DNA of 64,000 nucleotides from an uncultured Leucobacter sp. (GTDB taxonomy: Bacteria > Actinomycetota > Actinomycetes > Actinomycetales > Microbacteriaceae): assembly GCA_964433255.1 (NCBI GenBank), contig CAYSQG010000001.1, forward strand, positions 18,069 through 82,068. The letters run 5' to 3'. Made by a program: the position numbers and the translations under genes. Below the pieces are notes generated by a model. That model did not search any database and was not told the DNA's origin. It saw nothing but the letters and a program-made list of their open reading frames with translations. Below, piece after piece: positions 47,760 through 57,746 of this stretch; within the stretch, counting starts at the first letter, position 1; every line of letters begins with the position of its first letter.

Positions 47760-50084
47760 GTGGCAGACGAAACATTCACATTTGCGAGGGGCAATGTGCA
47801 AAAACTGCTCGCTGCGCCAAAGTTTGCGCTCGCCGCGCTGTGTGCAGTGTTCGTGCCACGAAACGCCAATCGCTGGATCTTTGGCAGCGGCATTGGGGTG
47901 GCAGAGGGAGCGCTTGCCGTTGCGCGCGAGTTGAGAGACGCCAACACGGGTGAAACCCTAGTCTGGGTTGTCGCTAACGATGCCGAGGCAGAGCTTGCCG
48001 AGGCGGAGGGGTTTCGCAGTGTCTTGCGCCACAGCTGGGCAGGGTTTTGGGCAACCTTGCGTGCAGGTCAAATTGTGGTGACTCACGGACCCGGAGACGT
48101 GAACCGTTTCGGCATTTTTGGTGGCAGAGTGGTCTATCTCATTCACGGTGCCCCGCTCAAAAAAATGCATCTTGACTCGCCGGTGACCACCCGAGTGACT
48201 GGCCCTGCCCTGTTGCGAACATTGCTGATGCTCATGTACAGAGCGAGTTCGAAGCACGTGTCACTCATAGTTGCCGGGTCAGTGACAGCCGCACAACGCC
48301 TGCGTTCCGCGTATCGGGTGGAGCCAGGCAAAGTGCTGGTGCTTGGCGACCCACGAGACGACAGCATTTTTGAGCAGCTTGCACACCCCGAACTCATTGA
48401 CCTCGCCCGCGCGGAGGTGCTGAGCATGTTAGGGCTCACCCCCGCTGACGGTCAATCTTTATCCCTGGTGCTGTATGCGCCCACCTGGCGAGACGGAGAA
48501 CCAGACCCCGCAGTGCCGAGCGAGGCAGAAATTGCGCACATCCGGGCTTCACTTGAATCACTCAATGCCCACTTGGTGATTCGTTCACACCCACTGGGTG
48601 CTGGAGAATATGCCGCGCTGCTCGGTGAACGTGTGCACGAGCTTGGCAGCCAACGCATCAGAGAAATCACCCCGTATCTTGCGGCCTTCGACGCTGTCAT
48701 CACCGATTACTCCTCGATTGCCCTCGATTTCGCGTTGTTCAGCCGACCAATACTCTGGTTTGCACCAGACCTCGACCACTACAACAAGAGCAGAGGTCTC
48801 TACGAACCCCTGGAAGTGACCGCGGCAGGCCATGTGCACACCGATTGGGATTCCACCATGCGCCGGCTGGGGCAGGTCTTGCCTGAGGGTTCGGCAAGAA
48901 ACAGTGCCATCGGTCACTCGCGTGAGTTAAGCAAGCGCTTTCACGCTTTTCCAGAGGGCCATGCTGCAGCGCGTGTCCTGCAACATATTCGTGGAATGGC
49001 CCAGAACATCGCGAGCGAGATACCCGACGGGGCAGTGTTCTTTGAGAGTTACTATGGCCGTCAAGCAAGCTGCAACCCTCTTGCGATAGATCGTGAAATT
49101 GCAGCTCGGTTTCCTGACAGACCCCGGTACTGGAGCGTCGAGAACGAGCTCGTCGAGGTTCCTTCCGGTGCTACTGCAGTGCTTATTGGGTCGCAGGAGT
49201 GGCACGCGGTGCGTCGAGCAGCCACCTTGCTTGTGGTCAACGATTGGCTGCGGTTCAATTTTCGCCGCAGGAGGCACCAGACGGTGTTGCAAACCTGGCA
49301 TGGCACGATGCTCAAACACCTGGCACTCAGTCGGCCACGGGTGAGTGCGCGAACCAGACTCGCTATTCGCCGTGAAAGCAGACGCTGGAGCCTCATGCTC
49401 TCGCAAAATGCCCACTCAACCGAACACTTTCGACAGAGCTACGCCTTTCGAGGGGAGATCCTTGAACTCGGATACCCTCGAGATGACCGCCTCGCAGCTG
49501 CAACGAGCGGCAACGATCGCATCGGCATCGTCGTTGATACTGCGCGCCGCAACTTGGGCATTCCGCGGGGCAAGCGGGTGCTCGCATTTGCACCCACGTG
49601 GCGTGAGGTTGCGCTCAACACCAATTCACTGGATGCGCACTCTCTTGCCCAAGCACTCGGCGACGACTGGATCGTGTTGGTGCGAGCCCACACTCGAAGC
49701 GCCCCGCAATTCGTTCTGAACGACTCAAGTGTCATGAACGTGTCCACGCACCCAGATGTGAACGATGTCATTTTGGCAGCCGACGTGCTCGTCACCGATT
49801 ACTCCTCGGTGATGTTTGATGCAGCCGTCGCCAGAGTGCCAATGATTTTTTATGTGCCCGATCTCGACATCTACAGAGATCGAGAGCGTGGCTTCACATT
49901 TGATTTCGAAGCGCTCGCGCCGGGGCCGCTAGTCACCACACCTGAAGAGTTGGTGCGAGCAGCGCTCGAAGGCCCAAAGATCACACCCGAATATGAGACC
50001 TGGTGTGCACGTTTCGTGCCACACGACGACGGGCACGCTTCGGCGAGGGTGGTTGATGCGCTCGTTGCACGTGGTGCGCTCTGA
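47760..50084 (+). CDS. CDP-glycerol glycerophosphotransferase family protein with two TagF-like domains
   Basis: Motif set present twice: HGAPLK/WHGTMLK, GDPRDD/GYPRDD, APTWRD/APTWRE, TDYSS/TDYSS. Confidence 0.85.
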   Translation: MADETFTFARGNVQKLLAAPKFALAALCAVFVPRNANRWIFGSGIGVAEGALAVARELRDANTGETLVWVVANDAEAELAEAEGFRSVLRHSWAGFWATLRAGQIVVTHGPGDVNRFGIFGGRVVYLIHGAPLKKMHLDSPVTTRVTGPALLRTLLMLMYRASSKHVSLIVAGSVTAAQRLRSAYRVEPGKVLVLGDPRDDSIFEQLAHPELIDLARAEVLSMLGLTPADGQSLSLVLYAPTWRDGEPDPAVPSEAEIAHIRASLESLNAHLVIRSHPLGAGEYAALLGERVHELGSQRIREITPYLAAFDAVITDYSSIALDFALFSRPILWFAPDLDHYNKSRGLYEPLEVTAAGHVHTDWDSTMRRLGQVLPEGSARNSAIGHSRELSKRFHAFPEGHAAARVLQHIRGMAQNIASEIPDGAVFFESYYGRQASCNPLAIDREIAARFPDRPRYWSVENELVEVPSGATAVLIGSQEWHAVRRAATLLVVNDWLRFNFRRRRHQTVLQTWHGTMLKHLALSRPRVSARTRLAIRRESRRWSLMLSQNAHSTEHFRQSYAFRGEILELGYPRDDRLAAATSGNDRIGIVVDTARRNLGIPRGKRVLAFAPTWREVALNTNSLDAHSLAQALGDDWIVLVRAHTRSAPQFVLNDSSVMNVSTHPDVNDVILAADVLVTDYSSVMFDAAVARVPMIFYVPDLDIYRDRERGFTFDFEALAPGPLVTTPEELVRAALEGPKITPEYETWCARFVPHDDGHASARVVDALVARGAL

Positions 50085-50087
50085 GCC

Positions 50088-51125
50088 TTACACCCGTGAA
50101 CGGTCGACGATGCGCCTGGCGCCACCCAAGATGCCGAACAAAAACCCCGACCCCCACGACACGTGCATGGTGACCAGCGAAACCATACCGAACAGGCGCT
50201 CTTTGAGACCGGTCAAACCCTGCAGGCGTGTGCTCGCAAACACCACTGCAGCAAGGTAGGCGAGCACCACGGCATGAGCGGCTGACCACCATGGCCACGT
50301 CAACACTCCCAGCAGCTGCAACAGTCCCACTGCAAGGCTGAACAGCAACGCAAGCACCAGGGATCCGGGCACAAAAAATCGCCAGGGTGTTTGACGCGGG
50401 TGCCTGCGCACCAGCACCGCACGCCATGCGCCGGTGGCAAAAAACTGTCGCGCAAGATCTGCAACACTTGCGCGCGGCCAATAGGTGACCGAGAGTGACG
50501 GGTCGAACCAGACGAGTCCACCGGCGTTACGAATGCGAAGGTTGAGTTCCCAGTCTTCGCCTCGCCGAATGCCTTCGTCGTAGCCGCCGACCAGCGCAAT
50601 AGCTTCTCGTCGAAACACTCCAAGGTATGCGCTCTCGGCGGGTCCGGACTCACCGGCACCGTGGTAGGTACCACCACCCAGCCCGTAGGGACTGTTGTAT
50701 GCCGAAGCAATGGCTCGTTGCACCGAGTTGCGGCCGGCTGCTCGCATGATGCCACCAACATTTGCCGCATGGTGTTGTTGCAGTGCGGTGACTCCCGCTC
50801 GTGTGTAGTCGGGAGTGAGTTCGCTGTGTGCGTCAACACGGATCACGACCGGATGGCTGCTTGCCGCTATGGCAAGGTTTAGGCCGATTGGAATGTCACG
50901 TGCTGGGTTTGCCACCACACTGACTCGGTGATCCGTGGTCGCAAGGTGCAGCGCGATCTCATTCGTGCTATCGGTCGATGGGCCAAGGGCAAGAACGATC
51001 TCTTTCTCGCCCTCATAATCTTGGTTGAGAATTGTGCGCACCGCATCTGCGAGATAGTGCTCTTCGTTCAGCACGGGCATCACGTAACTGACGCCGGGCA
51101 GCGGTGGCAAGGGGGAGAGGTGCAC
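50088..51125 (-). CDS. Family 2 glycosyltransferase
   Basis: VSYVMPVLNEE, RVDAH, GEDWELNLRI, C-terminal TMs. Confidence 0.9.
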   Translation of the reverse strand: MHLSPLPPLPGVSYVMPVLNEEHYLADAVRTILNQDYEGEKEIVLALGPSTDSTNEIALHLATTDHRVSVVANPARDIPIGLNLAIAASSHPVVIRVDAHSELTPDYTRAGVTALQQHHAANVGGIMRAAGRNSVQRAIASAYNSPYGLGGGTYHGAGESGPAESAYLGVFRREAIALVGGYDEGIRRGEDWELNLRIRNAGGLVWFDPSLSVTYWPRASVADLARQFFATGAWRAVLVRRHPRQTPWRFFVPGSLVLALLFSLAVGLLQLLGVLTWPWWSAAHAVVLAYLAAVVFASTRLQGLTGLKERLFGMVSLVTMHVSWGSGFLFGILGGARRIVDRSRV

Positions 51126-51164
51126 CCCATGATTCTTTCATGATTGCCTCTATAGGCTGGAGGG

Positions 51165-52388
51165 ATGCGAATCAGCTCAGACATCAAGCGTGCCAGAAAA
51201 CTTGCCAAGCGTGTGCTCAAAGGTCGGCGTTCGGTGCGTGAGGTTCGCGAACTCATTGCCGCGCGGGGCCCTCTGCCATCAGATCATTACCGTGTTGCGG
51301 TGTATTTTGCCGATAGCGATGTCAACATTTATCAGATGCGCCAGTGGTATGCGCCGCTTCGTGAACTCTCACTCATCCACCCGGTCTTGCTCGTGGCACG
51401 ACACCCGGCTGGGGCGAAGGTGCTCATGCAAGAGAGCGGCCTAGATGTGGCATATGCGCCAAAAGTTTCGGCCCTCGAATCACTCGTCGAACACCAACCT
51501 CTGCAGGTGGTGTTTTATGTGAATCAAAACACCCGAAACTTTCAAATGATGCGCTACGGACGTCGTTGGCATGTCTTCATTAACCATGGCGAGAGCGACA
51601 AGATGTACATGGTTAGCAACCAGTACAAAGCCTATGATTACGCTTTCATTGCTGGTGATGCTGCCCGCGAGAGATTGAGCCGGGCGCTGTGGGCATACGA
51701 TCTCGACCAGCGCACTTTCTCGATAGGCCGCCCTCAAACCGACCACCTCGCAGGTGAGCCCCCGTTTGTGCCTGATGAGCGAACCGTCGTGTTCTATGCG
51801 CCTACCTGGGAGGGTGATCGCCCTGCTGCTCACTACGGCTCGGTGGCCACACACGGCGAAACACTGGTGTCGAAGCTGCTTGAAACTGGCCGACACCGTG
51901 TCGTGTACCGACCACACCCGCGCAGCGGGGTCGAAAACGAAGAATTTGGTCGGGCGAACCAGCGCATCATTGCCGCAATCGAAGCAGCCAATCGTCGTGA
52001 TCCGAGTGCCCAACACGTGTTCGACCAGAGCCCATCGCTCGGATGGCAGTTGAGCCTGCCAGACGTGGCGATCTGTGACATTTCAGCGATGGTCTACGAT
52101 CGGCTCGCAACAGGCAAGCCACTCATGGTGACCCGACCTGTGTCGACTCAAGCCGACGTTGACGAGGTGGGATACCTCGGGGTGTGCGAATGGTTGTATG
52201 CAGAAGACTGCGACAATGTCGTAGAAGTGCTGGATCGCGTCATCGGTGACCCCGAGGCTCGTCAACGCGTCGACACCTGGTCCACCCACTATTTCGGCGA
52301 CACCACTGCGGGCGCTCCAACGAAACGGTTCCACAACGCCATCGAAGTGCTGTTGCAACGGGCTGAAGACTGGGAGCGCAGAACCTAA
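51165..52388 (+). CDS. CDP-glycerol glycerophosphotransferase family protein
   Basis: NHGESDK, IGRPQ, YAPTWEG, YRPHP, CDISAM. Confidence 0.8.
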   Translation: MRISSDIKRARKLAKRVLKGRRSVREVRELIAARGPLPSDHYRVAVYFADSDVNIYQMRQWYAPLRELSLIHPVLLVARHPAGAKVLMQESGLDVAYAPKVSALESLVEHQPLQVVFYVNQNTRNFQMMRYGRRWHVFINHGESDKMYMVSNQYKAYDYAFIAGDAARERLSRALWAYDLDQRTFSIGRPQTDHLAGEPPFVPDERTVVFYAPTWEGDRPAAHYGSVATHGETLVSKLLETGRHRVVYRPHPRSGVENEEFGRANQRIIAAIEAANRRDPSAQHVFDQSPSLGWQLSLPDVAICDISAMVYDRLATGKPLMVTRPVSTQADVDEVGYLGVCEWLYAEDCDNVVEVLDRVIGDPEARQRVDTWSTHYFGDTTAGAPTKRFHNAIEVLLQRAEDWERRT

Positions 52389-53182
52389 CCGGCCGGGTGG
52401 TCGGTATTGTACAGGCTCAGGGCCTCGAGTATCGGCCCGTCAAATTTCAGCTGGCCACTATCGAGATAGAGTCCTCTGGTGCAAAAACGGCGAAGATCTC
52501 GCTCGTTGTGTGACACCAAGAATAGGGTTTTTCCCTCGTGTAATAGTGCTTCAATGCGGGTGTAACATTTGTTCCGGAACGCTTTGTCGCCGACCGCAAG
52601 CACCTCATCAACGAGCAGCACCGGCTCCTCTAGTTGCGACACCACCGCAAACGCGACGCGCACCTTCATGCCGCTAGACAGGTGTTTAAACGGGGTGTCA
52701 AGCACATCGGAGGCCTCAGCGAAATCGACAATTGCATCGAATCGTTCAGCAATTTCTTTTCGGCTCAGACCGTGCATGCCAGCGGTGAGATGAATGTTGT
52801 CTCGAACCGTGAGATCGGCAGCGAAACCGCCAGTGAGCTCGATAAGGGGAGCAACTCCTCCGTGCACACTCACCGAACCCTCATCGGGCAACAGCACGCC
52901 AGCGACAAGTTTCAACAGCGTTGATTTGCCCTGACCGTTGCGGCCGACGACCCCGATTGCCTCGCCAGGCCGAACTGCAAAGCTCACGTCGCGCAGCGCC
53001 CAAAATTCACCGATGCGGCTGCGTCGTTTTTTCGATGAAAACAGGTCCTTGAAACTGCGTCGTGCGCCGCGATTTCTGCGAAAGCGAACCCCGAGTCCCT
53101 GCACCGAAATGATCTCATCTTGAGTGGGCGAGTGCTGGTTGCCCCCCGTCTCAGGGTCTGTTGGTAGGTGAGACGTGTTCAT
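52385..53182 (-). CDS. Polysaccharide/polyol-phosphate ABC exporter ATPase (Wzt/TagH-like)
   Basis: FWALRDVSF, GRNGQGKST, LSSGMKVR, VDEVLAVGD, VSH. Confidence 0.9.
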   Translation of the reverse strand: MNTSHLPTDPETGGNQHSPTQDEIISVQGLGVRFRRNRGARRSFKDLFSSKKRRSRIGEFWALRDVSFAVRPGEAIGVVGRNGQGKSTLLKLVAGVLLPDEGSVSVHGGVAPLIELTGGFAADLTVRDNIHLTAGMHGLSRKEIAERFDAIVDFAEASDVLDTPFKHLSSGMKVRVAFAVVSQLEEPVLLVDEVLAVGDKAFRNKCYTRIEALLHEGKTLFLVSHNERDLRRFCTRGLYLDSGQLKFDGPILEALSLYNTDHPAG

Positions 53183-53970
53183 AGTTCTTTTAACACCCCC
53201 CCGACAGCTCTTGAAAAGACGAAGATCCCAACACAGAGCACGATCAGGGTGATCAGCGAAGACACTCCGACGAGTGCCCAGTTCAGCTGATCCGGAAAAA
53301 AACCGGCGCGAAACAGAGAAAAAATGCCTGAGAGCGGGTTAGCCCAGGCGAGTGCTGACACCGATTGCGGCAGGTCACTTGCGCTGTAAATGATTGGGGA
53401 GGCATAGAACAGCACACGCAACACGAGCTTTGTCGCTCGCTCGAGATCACGAAAGAACACGACGAGTGGCGCAACGATCAGGCCCAGCCCAAACACCAGG
53501 GCGGCCATGAGCACAATGGCGACAGGGTAGAGCACAATCAACCAGTTCACGCTTGCCCCGGAGATGATCGCAAACACAACCAAGACGGGCAGGCTCAACA
53601 GAAACTCAACCCCCTTTGAGGCGACGATTCTGCCAACCCACACCCAGCGCGGCAGCGCAACCGAGCGCACCAGTTTGACGTCGCGCAAAAAAGCGCGGGT
53701 GGAGTCACCGATTGCGCCGTTGAACCACACCCACGGCAAAATAGCGCACAGCAAAAACACGATGTAGGGCTCTTCGCCGAGAGACCGATCCATGAGTTGC
53801 GTGAAAATGAACCAGTAAATGAGGCTCATGATCAGTGGGTCGAGAATCGACCAGAAGTAGCCCAGCAGCGAGGTTGAATATCGAACTTTGAGGTCGCGCA
53901 CGGTGAGCAGGCGCAAGGATCGCAGTGCTACAGCGCGCGGTCGACTCGTGCTGCTGCTGAAAGAGTTCAC
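53179..53970 (-). CDS. Polysaccharide/polyol-phosphate ABC exporter permease (Wzm/TagG-like)
   Basis: RDLKVRYSTSLLGYFWSILDPL, FFRDL, FYASPIIY, NPL. Confidence 0.9.
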   Translation of the reverse strand: MNSFSSSTSRPRAVALRSLRLLTVRDLKVRYSTSLLGYFWSILDPLIMSLIYWFIFTQLMDRSLGEEPYIVFLLCAILPWVWFNGAIGDSTRAFLRDVKLVRSVALPRWVWVGRIVASKGVEFLLSLPVLVVFAIISGASVNWLIVLYPVAIVLMAALVFGLGLIVAPLVVFFRDLERATKLVLRVLFYASPIIYSASDLPQSVSALAWANPLSGIFSLFRAGFFPDQLNWALVGVSSLITLIVLCVGIFVFSRAVGGVLKEL

Positions 53971-54054
53971 ACGCCTATTCTGCCTGGTTTTACCTGCAGC
54001 ATGACGCACCTCACCGGGGGCAAATTCGACTCCGAGGTTTGGTAGATTATTCTC

Positions 54055-54957
54055 GTGGCAAATAAATCACCAGCAATAGACGGTTCGACCGAGTCAAACG
54101 TTGGTGAACCTGCGGTGCAAACCGGGCGAATAGACGTGCCAGTGCTGTCGGTAGTGCGCTCGCGTGAGCGCGCCAAGGTTGCCGCACAAAACCCGGTGGT
54201 GCTCAAAGCCGAATCGCTCACCAAGGCCTACGGTTCTCTGCTGGCAGCGGCAGACGTGTCGTTTGACGTGCATGCTGGCTCACTCACCGGGGTAGTTGGC
54301 CCGAACGGTGCCGGCAAGACCACCGTGCTCTCAATGATCAGCGGCTTGAATCGACCGAGTTCGGGGCGCATCTACGTGAACGACATCGACGTCTGGGCTG
54401 AAGGCCCCAAGGCAAAACGAGTCATTGGAAGTTTGCCAGACCGGTTGCGCCTTTTTGACAGGCTCACCGGCGCGCAACTGCTGTTTTATGCGGGTGTCTT
54501 GCAGGGGCTTGAACGCGACACGGTGAACGAGCGTGTGAGCGAACTCGCTGTGGCATTCGGACTCGAAACGGCCCTTGAACGCCCGGTGGCCGATTATTCG
54601 GCGGGCATGCAAAAGAAAATTGGCCTCGCGTGTGCCATGATCCATGCCCCCGAAGTGCTGATGCTCGACGAACCGTACGAGACCATTGACCCGGTGTCGG
54701 CGGCAAGCGTGACCGAGATCCTCGAAAAATATGTGGCGGCTGGTGGCAGTGTCATCATGTCGAGTCACAGCCTCGAACTTATTCAACGCATCTGCGACCA
54801 CGTGGTAGTGATTGTCGACGGGTCGATTGTGGCTCAGGGCACCGTCGATGAGGTGCGCGATGGGGTGAGCCTTGAAGAACGGTTTAAGCACCTCACCGAA
54901 GCCAATGATCAGGGAAAGGGGCTGGAATGGTTGCGCGGCTCCTCAGGCTCCGAGTAG
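54055..54957 (+). CDS. ABC-2 type transporter ATP-binding protein
   Basis: GPNGAGKTT, YSAGMQKK, MLDEP, SSH. Confidence 0.9.
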   Translation: MANKSPAIDGSTESNVGEPAVQTGRIDVPVLSVVRSRERAKVAAQNPVVLKAESLTKAYGSLLAAADVSFDVHAGSLTGVVGPNGAGKTTVLSMISGLNRPSSGRIYVNDIDVWAEGPKAKRVIGSLPDRLRLFDRLTGAQLLFYAGVLQGLERDTVNERVSELAVAFGLETALERPVADYSAGMQKKIGLACAMIHAPEVLMLDEPYETIDPVSAASVTEILEKYVAAGGSVIMSSHSLELIQRICDHVVVIVDGSIVAQGTVDEVRDGVSLEERFKHLTEANDQGKGLEWLRGSSGSE

Positions 54958-56498
54958 CGCTGCTCGCGTCGGCACTTAGAGGTGGGCCACGAGCGGTGGG
55001 CCGCAGAGTCCTCATTGCCGTGAGTGCGCTCGCGGTGACCCTCGCACTTGCAGCGCTTCCACAGGTGGTGACTTCGAGTGCGCAGGGGCAACAGGCCTTG
55101 CAGGTGATGCTGAGCTCGTTGGTGCTTGCCTGTGCGTTGCTGGTTCCGTTTTTCGGGGCCCCTCGACTGCTTGAGCCCAGACAATTCTCCGGCATCCCTG
55201 CCAGCCCGGCGCAGATCGCGGGTGCGATGCTACTCACGAACGTGGTGACGTGGTCGGTGTTGTTGCTCATCGTGTTCACGGTGGCGCAGCTGTTGCTCAG
55301 CCCAGCCCGCAGCGTCGATGCCTGGATCATGGTCACGACCGGGGTGTTGACGGTACTGCTCGCAGTGCTCTTTGTGCGTGTCAGTTCCGGTCTGCTGAGG
55401 TTGACGGCCTCGAGGCGTCTGGTGGTCATGATTCGATGGATCGGTGTCACGCTTCTGCTCGCGCTATTGCCAGTGCTCGCGTTTGTGTTCGCTGAAGCGA
55501 TTCAAGATCCGACCTCCGCAACAGTTCGCGAAACCGCGACCGTGCTTGGTTGGACTCCCTTTGGCGCGCCCATGGCCATGGTTTCTGCAGCGTTCTTTGG
55601 TGACCCAGGGGCCGCACTGCCGCATCTTGCGGTTGCGGCTGCGACCGTGGTGGTGTTGGGTGTGGCCTGGTTTTTCATAGTGCAACGGTCACTGGCTACG
55701 ATCGAGCGGCCCTTTTCAAACGCGGCGCAACCAGGAACCTCTGACGCGTTCGATCGACTGCCTGCGAACCCAAGAAGTGCCATCGCCTCGCGTGCCATTA
55801 CGTATTGGATCCGCGACCCTCGATATCGAGTGGCGTTAATTGCCATCCCAGTCGCACCCCTCATCACAGTGCTCGCCTTGGCCATCGTCGGTGTTGGCCC
55901 CGAAGTGCTGTCGTTACTGCCTGTACCCATCATGCTGCTGCTCCTGGGGTGGTCGGTGCACAACGACATCTCGCTCGATTCCACAGCGATCTGGATGCAC
56001 GTAGCGACCGGCACGAAAGGGCTTGATGATCGCATTGGTCGGTTGGCGCCGGTGTTTCTTATTGGTTTGCCGCTGCTCATGTTTGGGTCGAGCATTTCGG
56101 TGATCATCGGAACAGATTGGCGCATTTTGCCGGCGGTAATCGGCGTGAACTTCGCGGTGCTGTTGGTGGCCTCGGCTGTCGCGAGTGTGTTTTCAGTGGT
56201 GTGGCCCTACCCCTCAACTCGGCCCGGTGACACGCCCTTTGCGCAGCCGTCAGTGCAGGGATCAGGTGCCGGGTTGGTGCAAACGGTGTCGATGATTGTC
56301 ACCCTGGTGTTGTTGGTGCCTGCGGTGTCCTTCTCGGTGATTGCGATCGCCGAGCCCACACTGTTGAACAACGTGTTTGCACTCGTGTTTGGTGTCGTCT
56401 GGGGGCTTGCGTTCTTGCTGCTGGGTGTGTTCGGTGGGGGGCGCCTGTTCGAGCGTCGTGGCCCCGAGCTGGTGGCACTCACACAATCCTTCGATTAG
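54927..56498 (+). CDS. ABC-2 type transporter permease
   Basis: Many TMs, LGWTPFGAP, YWIRDPRY; overlaps cognate ATPase. Confidence 0.82.
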   Translation: MVARLLRLRVALLASALRGGPRAVGRRVLIAVSALAVTLALAALPQVVTSSAQGQQALQVMLSSLVLACALLVPFFGAPRLLEPRQFSGIPASPAQIAGAMLLTNVVTWSVLLLIVFTVAQLLLSPARSVDAWIMVTTGVLTVLLAVLFVRVSSGLLRLTASRRLVVMIRWIGVTLLLALLPVLAFVFAEAIQDPTSATVRETATVLGWTPFGAPMAMVSAAFFGDPGAALPHLAVAAATVVVLGVAWFFIVQRSLATIERPFSNAAQPGTSDAFDRLPANPRSAIASRAITYWIRDPRYRVALIAIPVAPLITVLALAIVGVGPEVLSLLPVPIMLLLLGWSVHNDISLDSTAIWMHVATGTKGLDDRIGRLAPVFLIGLPLLMFGSSISVIIGTDWRILPAVIGVNFAVLLVASAVASVFSVVWPYPSTRPGDTPFAQPSVQGSGAGLVQTVSMIVTLVLLVPAVSFSVIAIAEPTLLNNVFALVFGVVWGLAFLLLGVFGGGRLFERRGPELVALTQSFD

Positions 56499-56537
56499 GG
56501 CGCCGCGAGTTTTCACGCCAGAGCGTACACTGCTGGT

Positions 56538-56810
56538 ATGGGTCTTTTTTCACGTGACAACGGTCAACCGGTTGGGGGAGTCGGTGTGCTCGATCGCGAG
56601 CTCGAAGAACAGCTCAACCAAGATCAACTTGAAGACGGCGATCACGAGCGCTTTTCTCACTATGTGCCGAAAGACAAAATTGTGGAGTCTGCTATCACCG
56701 GCAAACCTGTTCGGGCGTTGTGCGGCAAGAAGTGGACGCCATCTCGAGACCCTGAGAAATTTCCCATTTGCCCGGACTGCAAGCGTGTTTACGAACGCAT
56801 GAAAAAATAG
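56538..56810 (+). CDS. DUF3039 family protein
   Basis: GDHERFSHYV, ALCGKKW, FPICPDCK. Confidence 0.9.
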   Translation: MGLFSRDNGQPVGGVGVLDRELEEQLNQDQLEDGDHERFSHYVPKDKIVESAITGKPVRALCGKKWTPSRDPEKFPICPDCKRVYERMKK

Positions 56811-56916
56811 GGCCTTACCTTTTGAGGTGCTGCAAGGATGGCTGCGCCCGTTGCTGCAAGCCCCCTCAGCGTGAGTTCATCACTGGGATGCCTGCTGGCA
56901 ACGTAAGATGTAAGAA

Positions 56917-57240
56917 ATGAACGACGACGACCTTGACGATTACGAGCGCGAAGCGGAGCTCTCGCTCTTTCGCGAATACCGCGATATTGCGCGGCAATTC
57001 AGGTACGTGGTTGAGACCGAGCGTCGGTTCTATCTTGCGAACGAGGTTGAACTCACTCGCCAAGACGCCGGCAGTGACTTTTATTTCGAGCTCAACATGA
57101 CCGACGTGTGGGTGTGGGACGTCTATCGCTCCGATCGGTTCGTGAAATCGGTGAGGGTGCTCACCTTCAAAGATGTCAACGTTGAAGAGCTGTCGGCCCA
57201 CGAGTTCAAGCTGCCAGAAGAGCTGTCGATCGACGATTAG
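56917..57240 (+). CDS. DUF2469 family protein
   Basis: YVVETERRFYLAN, DVWVWDVYR, TFKDVNVEEL. Confidence 0.92.
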   Translation: MNDDDLDDYEREAELSLFREYRDIARQFRYVVETERRFYLANEVELTRQDAGSDFYFELNMTDVWVWDVYRSDRFVKSVRVLTFKDVNVEELSAHEFKLPEELSIDD

Positions 57241-57353
57241 CCTGCACGTAGAGTTCTCGCTCACAACTTTTCTGAGACCCGGGTGTCGCCCGGTTGTGCA
57301 CAGTTCAGGTTGCAGCTGGTCATTGATCTGCAAAGTGCCAGCACACTGGTGGC

Positions 57354-57746
57354 ATGCACCAGTCACACACTCGAGATCAGGGCCGCCAGACGAACAACCA
57401 GCGGCTCGGCATGCAGGGGGAGCATCTCGCCGCTCACTTTCTGCAACAGCAAGGCTGCAAGGTGCTCGCCCGCAATTGGCGACACGGCAAACTCGGTGAA
57501 CTTGACCTCGTAGTGCAAGACGGCACCGCACTCGTTGCCGTTGAGGTCAAAACACGAACCAGTTGTTCGCACGGGCACCCGTTTGAAGCAATCACTCAGC
57601 GAAAAGCCGAACGGCTGAGACGATTGTTGTTCGCGTGGGCAAGGGAACACCGACCACACACCTCCACGCTCCGGGTTGATGCGATCGGCATCATCTGGGC
57701 AGCTGAGTCAGAGCCCCAAATAGAACACCTCCGAGCGATCGCATGA
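57354..57746 (+). CDS. yraN: YraN (UPF0102) PD-(D/E)XK nuclease
   Basis: LGMQGE, ARNWR, GELDLV, VEVKTR, RVDAIGI. Confidence 0.9.
   Translation: MHQSHTRDQGRQTNNQRLGMQGEHLAAHFLQQQGCKVLARNWRHGKLGELDLVVQDGTALVAVEVKTRTSCSHGHPFEAITQRKAERLRRLLFAWAREHRPHTSTLRVDAIGIIWAAESEPQIEHLRAIA

Noticed and set aside
57294-57302. DnaA-box-like TTGTGCACA (similar 9-mers near 7568 and 37160)
   Set aside because: Isolated, mismatched and not clustered; no origin context
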